Shown here: positions 19,195 to 26,884 of the stretch, piece after piece | Layout of the letters: every line of letters begins with the position of its first letter | How positions within the stretch are numbered: position 1 is the stretch's first letter | From: Candidatus Woesearchaeota archaeon | GTDB lineage: Archaea > Nanobdellota > Nanobdellia > Woesearchaeales > WJKL01 | Assembly: GCA_019322435.1 (NCBI GenBank) | Contig: JAHWIR010000005.1 | Coordinates: 67,443 to 131,442 of the forward strand | Direction of reading: 5' to 3' | Length of the DNA stretch: 64,000 bases | Made by a program: the position numbers and the translations under genes | The notes under the pieces: model-generated | What the model was told of the DNA's origin: nothing | What the model saw: only the letters and a program-made list of their open reading frames with translations | Database searches by the model: none

Positions 19195-19986
19195 TTATAA
19201 TCGTTTTACTTCAACAGAAATAGCTTTCTCATTCACCCTGATATATCTAGGGCATTCTGTATATGCTAGTTTGTTCTCTTTGCAGTAATCGATGATTCTT
19301 TGCTTTACTTCTTCATCATCGAATTTGATGATTACATTGATTCCGTCTTTGTCTTTATGGATTATGCTGAATGACTGCAAGTCATCTAAGATCTGTGCTC
19401 TTGTTTTCTTGAAGTTTTCAAGTCTTGCTGGGAGCTCTTCGAATTTTTTAATTAAATCTTCATACATATGCTCATCAAAATAAGAGGCATCAAAGTTTTC
19501 ATAGAATTCATCTTCATCTGTTGCAATGAATCCGCCGTATTCCAAATTCAATGGCTTCCATTTTCCAAAAGAGCCTATTAATAGGTTGCCTACTTTTGCT
19601 GCATCTGTTCCTATGGAGCCGGAAACATCGTTTACAACCAAGCAGCCTTTTTTAGAGGCAATCTTCATTATCTCATCCATGTTGTCCACTGCAAAATAGC
19701 CCTGCATTGAAGATGTCAATAGGATTGAATCTTTTTTTGCATGCTTTTTTAAGTCCTCTAAATCCAGTAATCCTTGCTTTGTCTTTATTTCTTTTATTTT
19801 TAAATCGAATTTTTTTGGATATTTCTTGTATGTAAGCCAGCCGCCTTGGTCTGGAATCAGAACTGTTGTTTTTTCTAATTGAGAAGCTAGATCCAAAGCT
19901 ATCTGGATTGCTTTGTTTCCTCTTTCTGTCAACTGGATGTGTTTTTTTCCTGTTAACTTTTTTAGGTTCTCGAGTATTTCTTGCAT
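19195..19986 (-). CDS. Short PLP-dependent aminotransferase-like (DegT/class V-like) protein.
   Basis: The segment NDVSGSIG...GNLLIGSFGKWKPLNLEYGGFIATDE resembles the DegT/SepCysS-type PLP-lysine region. At 263 aa it is shorter than canonical fold-type I enzymes. Confidence 0.3.
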   Translation of the reverse strand: MQEILENLKKLTGKKHIQLTERGNKAIQIALDLASQLEKTTVLIPDQGGWLTYKKYPKKFDLKIKEIKTKQGLLDLEDLKKHAKKDSILLTSSMQGYFAVDNMDEIMKIASKKGCLVVNDVSGSIGTDAAKVGNLLIGSFGKWKPLNLEYGGFIATDEDEFYENFDASYFDEHMYEDLIKKFEELPARLENFKKTRAQILDDLQSFSIIHKDKDGINVIIKFDDEEVKQRIIDYCKENKLAYTECPRYIRVNEKAISVEVKRL

Positions 19987-20026
19987 AACCGTAAAGAATA
20001 TTAATGAATATATAAACCTTATCCAT

Positions 20027-20512
20027 ATGACATATTATGACGAGATATCTGAAGGATATGAAGAATTGCATAAAGAAGAGCAGATGAAGAAAGTCAAGTT
20101 AATAGCAGAGCATTTGAAGGTTAAGGCTTCAGATAAATTATTAGATGTTGGCTGCGGAACAGGGTTGACAACTGAAAGCTGGCAGTGCAAAAGATATGGG
20201 ATTGATCCTGCTCCTAAGTTATTGGAAAGGGCAAGAAAGAAAGATGAGATTGAATATAAACTGGCTCCTGCTGAGAAGATTCCTTATTCTGATGATTATT
20301 TTGACATTGTTATTTCAATTACAGCAATACAGAATTTTGAAGATATTGAAAAAGGATTGAAAGAGATAAAAAGAGTTGGAAAAGACAAATTTGTTTTGAG
20401 TTTTTTAAAGAAGAGTCCTAAAAGAGAGCTTATTGAAGATACTATTAATAGATTGTTTAAGGTAAACAAGATAATTGTTGAAGAAAAAGATGAGATTTAT
20501 TTTTGTTCTTAA
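20027..20512 (+). CDS. Class I SAM-dependent methyltransferase.
   Basis: Motif I LDVGCGTG is present. The ORF-track start (19913) is a non-ATG codon; the internal ATG at 20027 (MTYYDE...) lies in a divergent promoter region shared with 19986. Confidence 0.7.
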   Translation: MTYYDEISEGYEELHKEEQMKKVKLIAEHLKVKASDKLLDVGCGTGLTTESWQCKRYGIDPAPKLLERARKKDEIEYKLAPAEKIPYSDDYFDIVISITAIQNFEDIEKGLKEIKRVGKDKFVLSFLKKSPKRELIEDTINRLFKVNKIIVEEKDEIYFCS

Positions 20513-21816
20513 GGTTTTTTTATTAAAAGTTCTCCAAGATATAATCCTGGGTCCCATGCTATCTCAGTTGAAGTATCTAAAAATAAATTTGCAGGACATC
20601 CAGTCATTCCCCAATAATTTGAATCCCATCCATAATTAAGATCATAAGAAGTTAAAACATAACCTCTAGAAGACAAAGCTGATTCTAATTTTTTATTTAT
20701 TTTTGCTTCAATGTTCCTATCAAACTCTCTTCCTCTCAATATAGATATGTTAATTATTGTTTTTGAAGTCAATTTCATTCCTTGATCATCTATAAATTTC
20801 TTATACCACTTAATTGGTTCATGTTGATCTTTTGCTTTTTCTCTTTGTTCTTGTGTCAAACAAGTATCTAATCCTTTTACAATTTGCATATGAATCTCTT
20901 CTAAGTCAGAGGTTTCTTTAATTACATCTTCAAAAGCAGAAGCTAAGATCTTATTTATCTCATTGTAGATGGTCTTTATCTTTCTTCTATCTTCTCCTAT
21001 AAGTACCTGGCCATAAATATCTTTGCTGTCTTTATAACGCATTGCTTTAACAAATTGAGATCCCTTAATCTGCTTTTCCCCATAATAAGGTAGAAGATCT
21101 ATACTGCAAGCATCTTCATAATCTATGTGCTCGACTGCTTTTTCATCTTCACTAAGTTCATGTTTCAAGACATAGTAATCAATATTTGGATATTTGTCAT
21201 AGAGCATCACTCTTTTATCTCCTTTTGGCTTTTTTTCTATCTTATCTAATATATCCCATATTCCCTGTACTTGATCGTGAAAAACTATCTGTGTAAAATG
21301 AGCACTATCCCATTCTTTAAGTTCTTTTTCTGTTAATTTTCTTGCGTTGTTTAAGATAAATCTTTGATGGACTGTTCCATCATGAGAAAATATCTCAGAA
21401 TCTTCCATGTCAGTTATCTGATATGATTCAACTCTTCCAATCCAGCCCTGACATTTTCCTATTTTCTTTTCTGAGTTTAAAGTATCAAGAAAGGGTCTAT
21501 CTGACTGGACTACTGCAACAAGATCATCTGTAAGATCCCTTTTTTCTCTTTTATCTAACATTGGAAATGCTTCCATGAATCCTTGCTGAAAACCTATTGC
21601 TTGAATATATTTTTCCCAGTTAGGTCTTCCTTCACGTTTATGTTCTTCTTTAGAAGGAGAAGAATAAAGAAAATGTTTATATGTCATAAAGTTAGCTTTC
21701 CAGTTCATCAATGAAGCTAACTTATCTGAATACTCTGGAGATGCTAATTCTAATCTGTCTACAAGATTTTCTGGCTCTTCAACTAAATTGCCGTCTTCAT
21801 CTGCATGATATTTCAT
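20509..21816 (-). CDS. Hypothetical protein.
   Basis: 435-aa ORF. A divergent promoter pair lies in 21817-21896 (reverse-orientation and forward TATA boxes). Confidence 0.45.
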   Translation of the reverse strand: MKYHADEDGNLVEEPENLVDRLELASPEYSDKLASLMNWKANFMTYKHFLYSSPSKEEHKREGRPNWEKYIQAIGFQQGFMEAFPMLDKREKRDLTDDLVAVVQSDRPFLDTLNSEKKIGKCQGWIGRVESYQITDMEDSEIFSHDGTVHQRFILNNARKLTEKELKEWDSAHFTQIVFHDQVQGIWDILDKIEKKPKGDKRVMLYDKYPNIDYYVLKHELSEDEKAVEHIDYEDACSIDLLPYYGEKQIKGSQFVKAMRYKDSKDIYGQVLIGEDRRKIKTIYNEINKILASAFEDVIKETSDLEEIHMQIVKGLDTCLTQEQREKAKDQHEPIKWYKKFIDDQGMKLTSKTIINISILRGREFDRNIEAKINKKLESALSSRGYVLTSYDLNYGWDSNYWGMTGCPANLFLDTSTEIAWDPGLYLGELLIKKP

Positions 21817-21860
21817 AGAAAAAGATAATTAACTTTTTTTATAAACCTTCGTGAATTTAG

Positions 21861-21873
21861 GAAAATTTATATA
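21861..21873 (+). promoter_or_regulatory. BRE/TATA promoter for the 21897 gene.
   Basis: GAAAATTTATATA lies 24 bp upstream of the ATG. Confidence 0.4.
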
Positions 21874-21896
21874 ACCTTTTTTGTTCTTTATAATAG

Positions 21897-22400
21897 ATGA
21901 AAGTCAGCGATGTTTCAAAACCAATGCAGGCAATTCTTGTAAGTTCTAGAGCAGAGATCGAGGATAAGTTTTCTCCTGATAAAAAGATTAAGGATAATAT
22001 ATTTACTCTTTGCTGGCACATGCCTGTGAGCATGGACCCTCCGCTGTTTGCAATATCTGCTGGAAAGACAAGGTATAGTTCTAAGATTATCAAGGAAAGC
22101 AAGGTGTTTGTTGTTAATTTTATGGATCTGAAATATGAGAAAGAGGTTGTGTTCTGCGGAACACATAGTGGAGAGGATATGGACAAGTTCAAAGACAGCG
22201 GATTAGGGAAAGAAGAGGCAGATTCAATTGACTGCCCAAGGATAAAGCAGGCAGACGGTTATCTTGAATGCAGGGTTGTGCAGGAGATTGATGCTGGCGA
22301 CCATATCATCTTTGTTGGAGAGGTTTTAAAACAAGAAGTGAAGAAGACAAAGAACAGGATTTTCTCAGGAGCAGAAGGGTTTATAACAACCAAACCATAA
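21897..22400 (+). CDS. Flavin reductase-like (FMN-binding split-barrel) domain protein.
   Basis: Matches the flavin_reduct (NTA_B/DIM6-like) pattern. A TATA box (GAAAATTTATATA, 21861-21873) lies 24 bp upstream, suggesting a leaderless transcript. Confidence 0.65.
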   Translation: MKVSDVSKPMQAILVSSRAEIEDKFSPDKKIKDNIFTLCWHMPVSMDPPLFAISAGKTRYSSKIIKESKVFVVNFMDLKYEKEVVFCGTHSGEDMDKFKDSGLGKEEADSIDCPRIKQADGYLECRVVQEIDAGDHIIFVGEVLKQEVKKTKNRIFSGAEGFITTKP

Positions 22401-22487
22401 AAATCTGAAGGATTTTTAGGGTTCCAAACGGCTTTGCCGGTTAAGAATAAAAAAATATTTAAAAGAAAAGAAAAACTTTAGATTAAA

Positions 22488-23051
22488 ATGAGTATTGAAG
22501 ATATACAAAAAGTAAATAAATTGGCTCAGGAGTTATTAGACCAGGGATTTACTGAGTCAAGAGAAGATGCTGTTAAGAAAGCACAAGAGATGCTGAATAA
22601 GGAGATTACAGGAGCTCATATTGAAGTGAAAGAGACTGATGAGAAACAGAATGTTGCTGCTGTTGCAGATGACCCAGACAAACTAAGAAATATGATTGAT
22701 AGAACAAAGACATATCTTGAAAATCAACTTTCTGGTTATAAGAATGCACTGCTTGCTTTGGAAAAAGAGATCCGTGCTTTGAGGCAAGAGGTTGAAACGC
22801 TTAAAGCAAGAAAAGAGACAAACGCGGGAAAACCTGACCCTGCTGATATACCTCAAAAAGTTGATGATCCTGCTAATGAACCGCAGAAAGTAGAAGATCC
22901 TGCTGAAGAGCCTCAGAAGGTTGATGATCCTGCTAATGAACCGCAGAAAGTTGAGGAGAAGAAAGAATCTCATCCTAAAAGAGGAGAATATAATTCTGAT
23001 GATGTTAGTGTAGAGAAGATGTTTTATTACGGCAATAAAAGACAGGATTAA
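22488..23051 (+). CDS. Coiled-coil protein with DPANEPQKVE decapeptide repeats, hypothetical.
   Basis: 187-aa ORF with four in-frame 30-bp tandem repeats at 22840-22960. Confidence 0.5.
   Translation: MSIEDIQKVNKLAQELLDQGFTESREDAVKKAQEMLNKEITGAHIEVKETDEKQNVAAVADDPDKLRNMIDRTKTYLENQLSGYKNALLALEKEIRALRQEVETLKARKETNAGKPDPADIPQKVDDPANEPQKVEDPAEEPQKVDDPANEPQKVEEKKESHPKRGEYNSDDVSVEKMFYYGNKRQD
22840..22960. repeat. Four in-frame 30-bp tandem repeats encoding DP[AE][NE]EPQKV[DE].
   Basis: Seen directly in the 22488-23051 coding sequence. Confidence 0.6.
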
Positions 23052-23108
23052 ACACCGCAACTATTATATATTACTTCTATCTAAATTATACAAAAAGAGG
23101 TTGATAAT

Positions 23109-24374
23109 TTGCTAGAATATATTAATAGGAAGTATAGGCCAAAACCTAATGATTTGGTTGCAGAGTATAGAGTTGAGCCAAACAAGATTTCTATTGAAAA
23201 GGCTTGCGAGCATATTGCTGGAGAATCATCAATAGGGACGTGGACAACTATTGCAACTATGAATAAGCAGATTGCAACTAAGTTAAAGCCAAATGTTTAT
23301 TCTATCAATAGGCAGACAAAAGAGGTTAAGATTGCTTATCCTGCTCAGCTGTTTGAAGCTGGGAATATGCCTCAGATTTATTCTGCTGTTGCCGGGAATA
23401 TATTTGGGATGAAGGCTGTCAAAGGATTGAGGCTGCAGGATATTTCATTTCCTAAAGTAATCATGGACAAATTCTCAGGGCCTAAGTTTGGGATACAAGG
23501 AGTTAGAAGGGTGTTGAAGGTTCCAAAAAGGCCTTTGGTTGGAACTATTGTAAAGCCTAAAGTCGGGTTGACTCATAAACAGCATGCTAAAGTTGCTTAT
23601 GAATCCTGGTTAGGCGGCCTGGATATTGTGAAAGATGATGAAAATTTAAGTTCAATGAGTTTTAATAATTTTGAGAAGAGAGTAAAAGATACTTTAAAAT
23701 TAAGAGATAAAGCTGAATTAGAGACAGGAGAGATGAAGATGTATATGGCAAATGTCACTGCTGAGACTTCAGAGATGTTAAGACGGGCTAAATTTGTTAA
23801 GGCTAATGGCGGAGAATATGTCATGATTGATATTATTACAGCTGGATGGAGTGCTGTGCAGACTTTAAGAGAGGCAAATTTAGGGTTAGTTATTCATGCG
23901 CACAGAGCAATGCATGGAGCTTTTACTGAGAATCCTAAGCATGGAATCTCTATGCTGACAATTGCAAAGACAGCAAGATTGATTGGAGTTGACCAGATCC
24001 ATGTTGGAGCTATTGTAGGGAAGATGAAAGGCGGGGAAGAAGAAGTTGTTACAATTGGGGAAAATATTGAAGAAAAGATTATCAATCCTGATGCAGAGGA
24101 TCATGTTCTAGCGCAGAAATGGTATAATATCAAGCCGATTTTCGCTGTTTGTTCTGGCGGGCTGGAGCCAAGCAAGATACCAGAATTAATAGATGCAATG
24201 GGAAATGATATAATAATGCAGTTTGGCGGAGGCTGTCATGGACATCCTGATGGAACTTTTGCAGGAGCAAAGGCTATAAGGCAGGCATTGGATGCTGCAA
24301 TGAAGAAAATACCTCTTTCTGATTATGCTGAATATCACAGAGAATTGGCTCGAGCTTTAGAGAAGTGGAAATAA
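23109..24374 (+). CDS. rbcL: Ribulose-1,5-bisphosphate carboxylase/oxygenase large subunit, form III (archaeal type).
   Basis: Nearly collinear with Thermococcus-type RbcL. The carbamylated-Lys motif GGLDIVKDDENLSSMSF, IHAHRAMHGAF and FGGGCHGHPDG are all present. TTG start with AAGAGG 8 nt upstream. Confidence 0.9.
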   Translation: MLEYINRKYRPKPNDLVAEYRVEPNKISIEKACEHIAGESSIGTWTTIATMNKQIATKLKPNVYSINRQTKEVKIAYPAQLFEAGNMPQIYSAVAGNIFGMKAVKGLRLQDISFPKVIMDKFSGPKFGIQGVRRVLKVPKRPLVGTIVKPKVGLTHKQHAKVAYESWLGGLDIVKDDENLSSMSFNNFEKRVKDTLKLRDKAELETGEMKMYMANVTAETSEMLRRAKFVKANGGEYVMIDIITAGWSAVQTLREANLGLVIHAHRAMHGAFTENPKHGISMLTIAKTARLIGVDQIHVGAIVGKMKGGEEEVVTIGENIEEKIINPDAEDHVLAQKWYNIKPIFAVCSGGLEPSKIPELIDAMGNDIIMQFGGGCHGHPDGTFAGAKAIRQALDAAMKKIPLSDYAEYHRELARALEKWK

Positions 24375-24375
24375 A

Positions 24376-24547
24376 GTAAACATCGCAAGCTCGTTTACAG
24401 ACTTCGTAATTTTCGCTATGCTCAAGCTCCGAAGTAACTCTTATTTCTTGCTAAAACACTTAAAAAAACCATAAGTAAAGTCAACATCGTGAACTCGTTG
24501 ACAAACTTATGTTTTTTTCTTGTTAACACTCAAAAAAACCATAAGCT
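24376..24547. repeat. Imperfect tandem direct repeat (about 100 bp plus about 70 bp) between rbcL and the S-layer-like gene.
   Basis: Each unit has a 6-bp-stem palindrome (GTAAAC..GTTTAC in unit 1, GTCAAC..GTTGAC in unit 2, a compensatory change) and ends in CTTG.TAA.ACT.AAAAAAACCATAAG. Confidence 0.6.
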
Positions 24548-24635
24548 TTATAAACCACTGATACTACTCCGTAATAAATACAATAGGGGGATAGGTATTC
24601 AAGCTTGAAAATAAACTCCATGGAGGTATAGTAAA

Positions 24636-26108
24636 ATGAAAAAAGTATTAATAGCTATTTTAATGATTATAGCTTTAGTTCTTTGCGTCTCTAGTGCAAG
24701 TGCTGCTATTAATGCAGATACTCTGACAATAGGAGACAGCAACACAGACGCAGCAAACTCAGAAGGTGATGATGGAGATGGAGTGGATTCACATAAACCC
24801 GCAACATTGACATTGACAAGTTCTGGTGCTGGCGCTATTACAGGCCTGACATGTGTAGTTGAGTCTGTAGAAGACGGTTATAGGAATATCAACTCAGCTG
24901 ATGACAATGACTGGGAAGATGATCTTGACATAACTATCACAGTTCCAACAGACACAATTCCAGACAATGGCTCAGTAGATGTCACTGTTAATGCAAGAAT
25001 AGTCTCAAAACTAGATGCAGTTAACAGTGATGGAGAAGCAGGAGCATTCAAAGTTGCGACAATCAAATGCAGCGGAACAGAAGGCGGAAGCCCTATTGAG
25101 AAGCTGGTTGACGTCAAGATGCAAAGGGAGAATATGCTTACTCTTGAAGATGTAAGGATAACATCAGACGAGCATGATGAAAGCTCTTATGATATGAGTG
25201 ATGATGGAGACACTGTAGATGAAATAAAGCCAGAAGAGACTGTCACAGTCGAGATTGAAGCTGAAAATCAATACAATGATGAAGATGATGTAGAGATAGA
25301 CACAGAAGTTGCAATAGAGATTGATGAAGGAGAGATGGATGTTAGCGAAGATGAGGATATAGGTGATATAGACACTGAGGAATCTGACTCTGCAACACTT
25401 GAATTTGATGTAGAAGATGATGCTTCTGGAGAATACACAGCATACATCACAGTCATAGGAGAAGATGATCACGGAGCTAGACACGGTGAAAGACTTGAAC
25501 TTGAATTTGATGTTGAAAGAAAGAAGTATGAATTTGTGATCAAAGATGCTGATCTTGATTACAGCGAAGTAAGCTGTTCAAGAGGCAACACAATCAAGGT
25601 AAAGATAGCAAGTCTTGGAACTAGAGGAGATGACGAGGTTTTCTTGTACATCGAGAACAGGGCTCTTGGAATTGACTTTGTAAAAGAAGACTTGGAACTA
25701 GACGATTACGATGGAAGCGATGACACATATACAAAAACATTGATGTTCACAGTGCCAAGCAACCTGGCTGCAGGAAGTTATCCAATTTCAGTAAGTCTTT
25801 ACTACAGCGGAGATGAAGATGATGGAGTCCATGCTGATGAGAAAGATGTTGTATTAACTGTAAGGAACTGCGGCGGAACCACAACAACTGATGAGATTGA
25901 CATGCCGGATAATGTAGAGATAACTGACAGCGGACAGATTGAAGTAACTGTTCCTGAGAATGTTCTTCAAGAATTCGGAATAGTCGAGACAGTTGATGAA
26001 GGAGAAAGCTTTACAGACAGCACAGCATTCATCGTGCTATTGGCTATATTGGTTATAGCTGTATTAGGCGGAGAAGTTGCTCTGATTGTATTGCTAGCAA
26101 AGAAATAA
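24636..26108 (+). CDS. Highly acidic secreted surface (S-layer-like) protein with a C-terminal TM anchor.
   Basis: Signal peptide MKKVLIAILMIIALVLCVSSASA. The body is D/E-rich, and the C-terminal helix FIVLLAILVIAVLGGEVALIVLLAKK is followed by KK. GGAGGT ribosome-binding site. Confidence 0.55.
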   Translation: MKKVLIAILMIIALVLCVSSASAAINADTLTIGDSNTDAANSEGDDGDGVDSHKPATLTLTSSGAGAITGLTCVVESVEDGYRNINSADDNDWEDDLDITITVPTDTIPDNGSVDVTVNARIVSKLDAVNSDGEAGAFKVATIKCSGTEGGSPIEKLVDVKMQRENMLTLEDVRITSDEHDESSYDMSDDGDTVDEIKPEETVTVEIEAENQYNDEDDVEIDTEVAIEIDEGEMDVSEDEDIGDIDTEESDSATLEFDVEDDASGEYTAYITVIGEDDHGARHGERLELEFDVERKKYEFVIKDADLDYSEVSCSRGNTIKVKIASLGTRGDDEVFLYIENRALGIDFVKEDLELDDYDGSDDTYTKTLMFTVPSNLAAGSYPISVSLYYSGDEDDGVHADEKDVVLTVRNCGGTTTTDEIDMPDNVEITDSGQIEVTVPENVLQEFGIVETVDEGESFTDSTAFIVLLAILVIAVLGGEVALIVLLAKK

Positions 26109-26180
26109 AATTTTTATTTTCTTTTTCTTTATTGTTTTATATTAGTAAATCTTATATATTATATTTACTCTTAGTCAATT

Positions 26181-26750
26181 ATGGTGTATAAGTTAAATCT
26201 TAAGATAATGATTATTCTGCTTTTTATCATTATTTCTATTAATGGATGTAGGCAAGAAATTTCTCCAGAGCTTAAAGAAGCAATAGAATATTGCAAGGAT
26301 TTTCCTATAACTGGTCATACTAGAACAAAGAATTCCTGTTATGCAAGATTTGCAATTGACAAACTTAATTCGAATGTATGCAGTCTCATTGATGAAGATT
26401 CAGAGGAATTTAGAAATGGGTGTTATCAATTTTTAGCAAATGAATTAAATGATAGTTCTATATGTAATAATATTGAAAATAGCGACTTCGGCAAATTTTC
26501 TTGTATTGCTATTATTGAACAAAATTCGGCTCCTTGCAATAAGATTAAAAATGAGCAGAAAAAAGGGGATTGTCTTTATATCATTGCTAAAAATAATAAA
26601 GATCCCTCTCTATGTAAAGAGATTAAAAATGATGAGTCAAGATATTTTTGTTATCAAATATTGGCCTCTGCAAAAAATGATTCATCATTATGTTACAATA
26701 TAGAGGATGATATTCAAAGGAGTTCTTGCTTAAATAACTTAAAGACTTAA
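26181..26750 (+). CDS. Secreted or lipoprotein-like paired-Cys repeat protein, hypothetical.
   Basis: N-terminus ...IISINGC looks lipobox-like. About 7 repeats of S.C..I......[FS]CY...A end in SCLNNL. Same repeat type as 13824-14657. Confidence 0.5.
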   Translation: MVYKLNLKIMIILLFIIISINGCRQEISPELKEAIEYCKDFPITGHTRTKNSCYARFAIDKLNSNVCSLIDEDSEEFRNGCYQFLANELNDSSICNNIENSDFGKFSCIAIIEQNSAPCNKIKNEQKKGDCLYIIAKNNKDPSLCKEIKNDESRYFCYQILASAKNDSSLCYNIEDDIQRSSCLNNLKT

Positions 26751-26780
26751 TATCTCTAAAAGTTTTTTAATTCTTAATAT

Positions 26781-26850
26781 TCAAAAGGTTTATACAAAGT
26801 GCTTCTTTGTGAACCACAAGCATAAACCTTTTTTCAAAAGGTTTATATAA
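26781..26850 (+). promoter_or_regulatory. About 70-bp palindromic double BRE/TATA module (copy 1) upstream of the giant adhesin gene.
   Basis: TCAAAAGGTTTATACA, about 22 nt containing a small hairpin, then AGCATAAACCTTTTTTCAAAAGGTTTATA. Near-identical module at 49472-49540. Confidence 0.55.
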
Positions 26851-26884
26851 ATCAGACGCCTATATAGACGTAGAAGGGGAGTAT

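Noticed and set aside
19673-20071. 132-aa minus-strand ORF spanning the 19986/20027 divergent promoter region.
   Set aside because: It overlaps two better-supported genes and an intergenic promoter region. It has a basic low-complexity translation and no RBS.
22401-22487. Small hairpin CGGCTTTGCCG whose reverse complement CGGCAAAGCCG is the centre of module copy 2 (49491-49503).
   Set aside because: The 4-bp stem and shared 11-mer could be chance. It is noted only as a possible minor terminator for 21897-22400.
24376-24547. Possible CRISPR array (direct repeats with palindromes).
   Set aside because: There are only two units of unequal length. They have no regularly sized unique spacers and no cas genes nearby. 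The units are better described as a tandem duplicated regulatory or RNA element.
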